A stretch of DNA of 64,000 nucleotides. It comes from Octopus vulgaris (Eukaryota). The stretch's first letter is position 1, and the number at the start of each line of letters is the position of its first letter. This document shows, piece after piece, positions 55,888 through 64,000 of this stretch. The notes under the pieces are model-generated. The model was not told the DNA's origin. It saw only the letters and a list, made by a program, of their open reading frames with translations, and made no database searches. Location: the NCBI GenBank assembly GCA_951406725.2, contig OX597835.1, positions 8,990,001 through 9,054,000 of the forward strand, read 5' to 3'. A program made the position numbers and the translations under genes.

Positions 55888-58776
55888 TTGTTGTATATAC
55901 ATATGTATATATTTATAGATTTATGTACATATTTACACACACACGCATATACACACACATGCATGTATGCATTATACATGCATATGTAAATGCATGCACT
56001 TATACACATATGCTTGCCTTCAGTTATTCTAAATTTGATTTGCAAAAAAATATATACAAAAAAAAAACAATTATTCATAACAATCGCCAAAATAAAGAAT
56101 CTGGTTCCAGATTATTCCATAATAGATTATCACATAAACCGCAGAATATATACAAACAGGTGTTATTATTATTTTCGTCTTCACACAACATTCATACGAA
56201 TTTCTGTTACTGTCTTTTCTTTCAGTATTTGCAACCATTATTGACTCAGATATTGTTCCATTATTCTCTATTTGTGTCAATATGGAATGGAAATCCTTTC
56301 TGCAATGTCCTTATGTTTTTTGGGTTTTTTTTCTACAAGTGTCCTTCCAGTATATACTTTTGTTTATTGATGTAATTTTCTATAATTTTGGTTTGCCTTT
56401 ACGGAAATCTAGATTCCTTAAATCTACATAATCTACGGTTTCAAGCTTTTATGTTTGATTTTATATAAAAAGTTAAAAACAAAACAATGTAATCGTTTGC
56501 TATTCCTTCTAACAACCAACCTGCACAAGTTAGCGTCTAGAACCGTTTTCATTACTCGACAATCACCTGTTTATTTTGCAGTTTCTTTGACGTTTTCATG
56601 TATCATGCCACGGTTGACGTCCTGCATTAGCGTTAAAAGTGTTTTATTTATGTAAAGTTACTGCAATATCCGTGTGAGTAGGTGGTTATCGAGAGAATTA
56701 CGCTTATCAGTCTATACCCGTCTTCTATATTCATCGTTTTACAAATACCGCATGTTTATATCTCAAAGTTGATATATCAGTTTTCCACAAAAATATTGGT
56801 AAACAGTAAGGGAATATTCATTTCACATTGGCATTCTGCCGGTTTAAATCTTTCAGTCGGTCAACACCAAGAGATTTCTATTGCATAAAGAAGAAATAGT
56901 AAAGTGTAAAATAGCTCTCTTTTTATTTTTTTTTTTTCCTTGTTTAAAGAATAGCAATATTTCTCCGATAATGGGGAGTAATTTCATTCCCAACTGAATT
57001 TTGAATCTTAGGCGGGTGACGCAATGCCGACACCTACGAGAATTTATGTATGAAAGTATCAGCAAAACACTTTCCTGTAAGTCAAAATTTAGATCTTGAG
57101 ATGTGTTATGATAAATCCTAATTTTGTGAAATCGATCATGAGATTTATCTTCATAAATCTAGACTTGTTTAAACTTTATTAGACCTCTTCAGCCAAATGT
57201 TGCCAAACCGGCTTTTTATTTTAGTTATAATGATAGTTGATTGATATTACCTGATCCACCCAATTACTCATGTTACTACTTACTATAAAATACTTATATG
57301 TGACATCTTTATATAATTGTTCAAAAACAAGCTGTAACCTATACTTTTAGGATCCTGTTCTCCCTAAGACATTGAAGCGTATTGTATTATCTAAGAAAGC
57401 ATCCGGTGTTGATTTTCATCTTAACAATTGTACAGCTTCTCTTTATAACTTTCTTTAATTTTCCGATAATTTCTTCTTGCCGTTTTTGTGGTATTTTTCT
57501 AGTTTTTCACTGCTGTCCGATTTACGAGTTATTGTCCATTCCCGCCTGTATATTTTACCCCCCAATGTTCTAACAACATTTTTATTTGTTCATATTGCTA
57601 CTGCTGTGTCTGTTATTGAGATGTTATTTTAAGTAATGTCTCAAAATACATTTTTATTTGCCTCACGTACATCATTCTGCTTCAAGAACCACTAACGTCT
57701 TCAAAGTGTCTTATCCACTCTATATTTGCTCGACCATTTATTCACTTGCCTGGCGCCTTTTATTTTTAAATGTCACATTTTCTTAATATCTCATGCTATC
57801 TTTCTAATTTGTTGTCATGTCATATATTGGCGTCTATAATGTAGAATAGCGAATTAAATACGCCCCCATTTGTACTCAAGCAACGACCCCACACACACAC
57901 ACACACACAAACACACTTCTGCTCTATCTCTCCTTCCTTTTCAAGCACGAAATCCATTTTCTCGTCATTCTCCTTTACATCTGTGTTAGAAAAGTGTTGG
58001 TGTTGATGATTGTTTTTTTCGGTTTATCGACTTTTCTTCAATATTTTCAGAAATATCTTCCCTGTGATGGAATATTGTGCAAAAGTCGCATCTGCTTACC
58101 TTCGGTATCTTAACTATTTACTCAAGATACATTTTTTCTATACTTGGAGCTCTTTACCATTTATAGCAACTTTTAGATCAATATTATTTACTTTATGAAA
58201 ACTTTGTATAGATACACGTATTTAATTTGTTATTCGCGACAATTTCATGTAAATACATAGCAAGAAAGGAAGTCAATTATAACAATTTTGTTGCTTTTCT
58301 GTCTTAAAAATACCGATGTGCTGTCCACATTGAAGGATATTTTCATGATAACTTTTCTATTTACCATGCAGCTCTACTATCAATTAATTAAGATACCAGA
58401 GTGACATTAAACCAATTCAAGTCTTTTTACAGATTATTGTCAGGGTTTCCAGTTGAATAGGTTGGTTTATGGCCTTCGTGTGCGAATGTATATGAGGGGG
58501 AATGTTTATAAGGGGAATGATTCCACTGATAAATTGTGCCTCCCGTTGAGTGTCATGGGAGCTGTAGGGTTATTTTAAAACACAGATGCTGCCAAAAGTA
58601 GCCGGTCTTTAAGTCATAAGTTCCGCATCAGTGATCTCGTGTCAAAGCGCCAGCGAATTTGTGAGGCATAAACGTGGATATTTTTTTAGTCATTTTTGCT
58701 CGTAGTTTCGGTGTAGATGCTTCTTAAAAGATAATCGTATTGTTGTTGCTGGCTTTGTTTTTTTTTATTTTTGTTG

Positions 58777-59131
58777 CTAACGTTACATGAATATCGTGCT
58801 GAATCAACTCAAAATCTCTCGTGGAAGCGCCATCCAACGAAAGTACAAATATATGGGAAACTACCAACTGTGTCATCTCTTGTGAAAGGTAAGAGAGTCC
58901 AGTTTGCTGGACATTGTTGTAGAGCTGAAAAAGAAGGTAATTTCTACTCTTCTCCTCTGGAAGCCATCTACTCGCAATACCAGAGGGCGCACACTCTCCT
59001 ACCCTAATGTCATCTCCAGGGATACAGGCATCCAGCAACAGGACCTCCGTAATGCCATGATGGACCGTGAAGACTGGCGTAGCATGGTAAATTCCATTGT
59101 CTCGACCACGGTCGAACAATGATGATGATGA
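58777..59131 (+). mobile_element. RTE-clade LINE 3' end with (TGA)n tail
   Basis: NLSWKRHPTKVQIYGKLPTVSSLVKGKRVQFAGHCCRAEKE, frameshift, then ISTLLLWKP…RGRTLSYP…MMDREDWRSMV…stop and TGATGATGATGA. Confidence 0.85.
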
Positions 59132-60983
59132 GCTTTTCACAATATTTTTTCTTTTAATATTTGTTTTCAAAATGATTTTCATTACTGACGCAGTTTATTT
59201 TGTTTTGTTGGATTCCATTTTCTAACAAATACTGATGTGGCTATTTTGATGTTAGAAATCAACATTCAGCTGTTTGTGTCGATGGATCTATTTGCATTAT
59301 AACTCTCAATTTAAGCTTTTCTTATTTTTCCTGTGCATGTATTGTTGTGCAATTTTATAGCACTCACTCATGTGATGTATGCTTGAACGTGCTCGTTTTA
59401 TTATTTACCAGTGTCGAGGGAAAACATTCGATAATCTTGTAAGCTTATTAATATTGCGATGTCATTGATTTTTTTTCCTGATTTCAGTGAAGAAACGCCC
59501 AGAGTTTTTCAAGTTTTTAGCATAATATTTTATTGGTAATCATTAATATTTTATTATTTGACTTTTTATGATTGATTACGTCCCGTAATGTATGAGATTT
59601 TGGTTGTCACATAACCTCATATTTCGTCTTCACCTATTCAATATTTTAATCCGTTTAGTATCTAGTATAGCCGCAGGATGCGTGTATCTAACACTTCGTT
59701 GTATTGTACACTGAAGCAGCCAATTTTCCTTTTTATAAATTTCCATTATTTTAACGGCTTCTTGTAGAATAATACTCTTCTACTGGGAATTAAAATTGAG
59801 GAACGACAACTCATTTGACGTCCAGATTATATAATGTATACACGATAATTTTCATAAATAATAGGATGAGAGTCATATTCACTATTTGTGTGGTGGATCT
59901 TTTAGATTTTTCTTTTTCCTTCTTTTTGTAAGTTACAGTTAGCCTTGGTTATATGCCCTTGACACATACACAGACACAGGCACATGCCTATATTTTATAT
60001 ACCTTCGTACTTTCTTTGAATAGTGTCCTGTATTTGTATATATTGAGTTTTCCTCTATTGTTGTATTTCGGGATGGCCACCCTATTGTACTTTGTTATCT
60101 TTTCCCAAATAAGCACATGAAGTAGATATATTCGTTCTTCATTCGTTTCTTATTGCCCTAACTCATCCCCATTGCTTGGAAATCTTTCGTCACACATTTG
60201 TGACGTCTTCAACAAAACTTTCCGTGTGTACTCTTGTTCCGCTTAAAAAAATATGTGTGTGTGTATGTACAGAGAAAGGTAGATAATAATAATAATAATA
60301 CATGGTCAGATAGGTAAAGGTACATTGAAGATTGTCCGACAGAATGATACAAAGTTGTCAGTATTGACGGAAATATGCATTGCAGGAAGTTATGTATATT
60401 TAAAAGTTATTTCAATCTAAACAAATGACTTGACAGACAGATACACATTCAGTGTGAGACAGACAGACAGACAAACAAACATGCATAAATTGAAATATAA
60501 ATCTAGGTGGAATATTGTAATTCAATAAAAGATATTTGAATAATTAAAAGAACCTCCTTGACACGAGAGATAATTTCTCTTTACTGCCACTTCATAAACA
60601 TGACTGAAACAAATAAAAGAATTTTAAAAAACCAAAAGAATATTATCGTATATCTCTATTAACATAATTGATATGTATGTGTCAACGTAGTTAAAATTAT
60701 TTAAAAGCTCCGAAGTGTGTATGAGTGTGTGTGCGTGCGTGCGTGAGTGTGTGTGTGTGTGTGCATATATGTGTGTAAGTACATGTGTGTCTCTGTGTGT
60801 GTATGTGTGTGCATGTGCGTGTTTTTGCGATTGCACGTGTGTGTATATATGTGTGTTGGCGTTTCCACGTGTGGGAATTTATTCGGAAGACGTTAAGAAT
60901 ATTTTTTAAAATTTACTCACATTTCCCTTCTATTTTCGTGTACATAAATGTATGAGTATTATATGTTGGTGTACGCACTCAAT

Positions 60984-61050
<67 letters not shown>

Positions 61051-61062
61051 ATATATATATAT

Positions 61063-61552
61063 GGATATATTGAGGAGTTGAATGAATTATCTTATTATGG
61101 ATAATTCGGTTAACCGATACCTGGGTAGCAAATTCACGTCAGAAAAACACGGTTGAAGCTACATGCCAAGGGCAGAGATCACGTGCTTTCGTGTGGAAAT
61201 TTGTGTGTTTTTTTTAATACAAATAAATAAAAGAATGGAGTTGAACGACGAATTAACAAAATTCCTTTATTCTCGATATATGTTTCGAAGGCTGCATATT
61301 CCTAATTTCGAAGGAATAAGGGGTACATCATGCCGCCTTCTCATCAGGAAAAACAACGAAGTTATGTCAGCATCAAGATGAACAGAAACTTTTAGATGAC
61401 TGCCCACACGGAGCCCATAGCGATAATGAGTGTTTCTTTAAAATATTCCGTTATAAGCTTATAACGGAATATATACTGCTTATATGCAGCCTTCGAAACA
61501 TATGTCGAGAATAAAGGAATTTTGTTAATTCGTCGTTCAACTCCATTCTTTC

Positions 61553-61556
<4 letters not shown>
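61063..61556 (-). mobile_element. Penelope-like pLTR with fold-back inversion between (TA)n tracts
   Basis: Arms 61230-61299 and 61482-61551; perfect 30-bp palindrome at 61443-61472; contains a hammerhead. Confidence 0.8.
61270..61352 (-). ncRNA. Type-I hammerhead ribozyme
   Basis: Minus strand: TTTTC-CTGATGA-GAAGGCGGCAT…ATGCAGCCTTC-GAAAC ATAT ATC-GAGAA; the inverted arm preserves GAAACATATGTC (palindromic ACATATGT, GUC). Confidence 0.8.
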
Positions 61557-61621
<65 letters not shown>

Positions 61622-61685
61622 ATAAGAAAATAGACAGGTAATTAATAAAGTATTATTAATTAAACAAAAATAATTGACAAAACTA

Positions 61686-61768
61686 CCTTATAGCTGTTTC
61701 AATTTCAAACCTTCAGAAAATTAATTAATAAAATGAAAAATTACCTGGAAGTCGAATCTCTTCAGAGA
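61686..61768 (-). ncRNA. Type-I hammerhead ribozyme candidate
   Basis: Minus strand: TCT-CTGAAGA-GATT…AATT-GAAAC AGCT ATA-AGG; ~65 bp from (TA)n. Confidence 0.6.
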
Positions 61769-62082
61769 ATCTCTTAAGATATATAGAATAGAAGTTCAAT
61801 TCCTGCATGTTGAGCAAACGGCTGCAAACCGTTCAATATTAACATTTATACACAAAGAACATAGCATAAACCATGGAATAGACCTTAGACAAGGGAGTAA
61901 AGTTGTGTATACTGGAGTTGTAAGTTAAGAATATAACAATATATTCATCTAGTGTGTTATGTGTAAGAAAAACACAAGTAGATATAATAGGTAAAAATGT
62001 CATATTGTGATATTATGTCCATCCGTATTAAACCAATAGAAAATTAGAATGTAGGGTTTAATTCAAGTGTGTATAGTTATTA

Positions 62083-62455
62083 GAATGGTTGTGTACTGTC
62101 AATCTAAGGTGAACGTGACAGTAGGGGGTTACATCACCGCTGTTTAGCCCTAGGAAGCATCGAAGCTTCCTGATGGCTTCGACACATTTTTCCTGTGTCC
62201 TTATATACATTTACGAAGGGGAGACAAACACCCCCAGCAGCCAGACCTGCAGGTGTGGGTCTCCCCTTCGTAAATGTATATAAGGACACAGGAAAAATGT
62301 GTCGAAGCCATCAGGAAGCTTCGATGCTTCCTAGGGCTAAACAGCGGTGATGTAACCCCCTACTGTCACGTTCACGTTAGATTGACAGTATACAACCATT
62401 CTATCGCCCCACCACCGTACATATCTCTATGAGAGATTTAGAAATTTGATATTTC
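62083..62455. mobile_element. Hairpin-forming insertion (~145-bp arms plus ~50-bp tail) with a 13-bp flanking direct repeat
   Basis: Arms 62081-62225 and 62259-62403 (2 mismatches seen); TGTATAGTTATTA at 62070-62082 and 62456-62468. Confidence 0.8.
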
Positions 62456-62645
62456 TGTATAGTTATTATTTATATTTAATTAAGGGGAGGACATTCCAAG
62501 CAATCTAATACTAGTTATGAATATCGAAATGGTTAAAAGACTAATAAGAATATTTACTTAATGTTAGGGAACATAAAATGTATAAGATAAAAACAAGAAT
62601 CAAGTAAAATATATAAAACAAAATAGAGTAAACTGCAAAAATAGA

Positions 62646-63064
62646 TACTCTTTACTCTTTTACTCTTTTACTTGTTTCAGTCATTTGACTGCGGCCATGC
62701 TGGAGCACCGCTTTTAGTTGAGCAACTCGACCCCGGGACTTATTCTTTTTGTAAGCCCAGTACTTATTCTATCGGTCTCTTTTGCCGAACCGCTAAGTAA
62801 CGGGGACATAAACACACCAGCATCGGTTGTCAAGCAATGATAGGGGGACAAACACAGACACACAAACAAACACACATACATATATATATATACATATATA
62901 CGACAGGCTTCTTTCATTTTCCGTCTACCAAATCCACTCACAAGGCATTGGTCGGCCCGGGGCTATAGCAGAAGACACTTGCCCAAGATGCCACGCAGTG
63001 GGACTGAACCCGGAACCATGTGGTTGGTAAACAAGCTACTTACCACACAGCCACTCCTGCGCCT
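62646..63064 (-). mobile_element. Family C SINE, full length
   Basis: Near-identical reverse complement of 27370-27789. Confidence 0.93.
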
Positions 63065-64000
63065 ATAGAGAAGAATAAATAAATGAAAAAAGAAGACTTC
63101 CAAAATATTATCTTTTAACCCTTAAATAAATTATTATTGATCTAGACTAATAAAGGTGAAGAGCTATTGGTGGGCAAACATTTAAAAATTTCAGATATGC
63201 AGCGTTGTAAATATGATACCGGATGTAAAAATAGGTTAAGAGGCTCAGGTAAAGAGATGTAGTATTTAACATAAATAAATAAGTATTGAAGGGAATTCTC
63301 TTCTTTTCGGCTCTTTCTCGCTTTTCCTCTCTCTTTCTCTTTCCCTAACTCTATCTCCTAATCACCTACACACGCAAACACACTCCCATTCACGTTCATA
63401 CAAATGTGTGTGAGTGTGTTTATGATATTACATATTTAGTAACATACTGTACGTATAGAAACGTATTCGTTTGTGAAAGCGAATGTGCACTTGTGCATAG
63501 CTTTCTGTATAAGTGTAGTTTACAGTGTCACGTGTAGAGTTTGGCTTCAAATTTAATAAACAAATGAAATTAGAATACGAGTTTATTTATATGTTTTTTT
63601 TTCTATTTCATTGCAATGTCCAATATTTCCTACAACGAATTGTAATTACAGTTATATCAACCCCATGAAAGCCCGTAATAAATATCCCATCCAACAGTTT
63701 ATTCGCTTAAAATCATTAAATATTGAAACGCGGTGCCACTTGCAGAAGAATTATTAAACAGTGTGTATTTAAATATTTATCTCATTGTTATTTAAAATAA
63801 GATTCAGATTGTACCTAATAAAATATGTTAAATTGAATTAAGTTTACAATAGACAATCTTCATTCACTAAAGTTCGGCGATAAAATTATTACCTGTAATA
63901 AATACGGAAAGAAGCATCTGTCAACCCATATATAACATTCCACTGAACATATACAGTGATTGCGAGTACTCAGTTAAATCAACTCCACCATTCTTCTATT

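Overview
AT-rich, microsatellite-laden animal genomic DNA. The tRNA-derived SINE families resemble those described from Octopus, so a coleoid cephalopod is likely (inference). No host protein-coding exon is recognisable, and almost all ORF-track entries are microsatellite or SINE read-through. The window holds about 25 tRNA-derived SINEs from four head/body families with swapped 3' tails (several with exact TSDs), two mariner fragments, R4/Dong-like and RTE-like LINE fragments, two non-autonomous Helitrons (one nested in a MITE-like element), and a homogeneous 188-bp tandem array that begins in a SINE B-box. The most striking signal is a set of nine short, ORF-less inserts from about seven unrelated sequence families, all in or beside (TA)n/(TG)n tracts. 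Each carries a type-I hammerhead ribozyme fold read by eye, mostly with a short palindromic stem III. Some show fold-back inversions or partial tandem duplication, as in Penelope-like pseudo-LTRs and retrozymes. Non-canonical cores recur: a U3-A8 covariant, U4C, and a U.U pair closing stem II. All folds and alignments were done manually.
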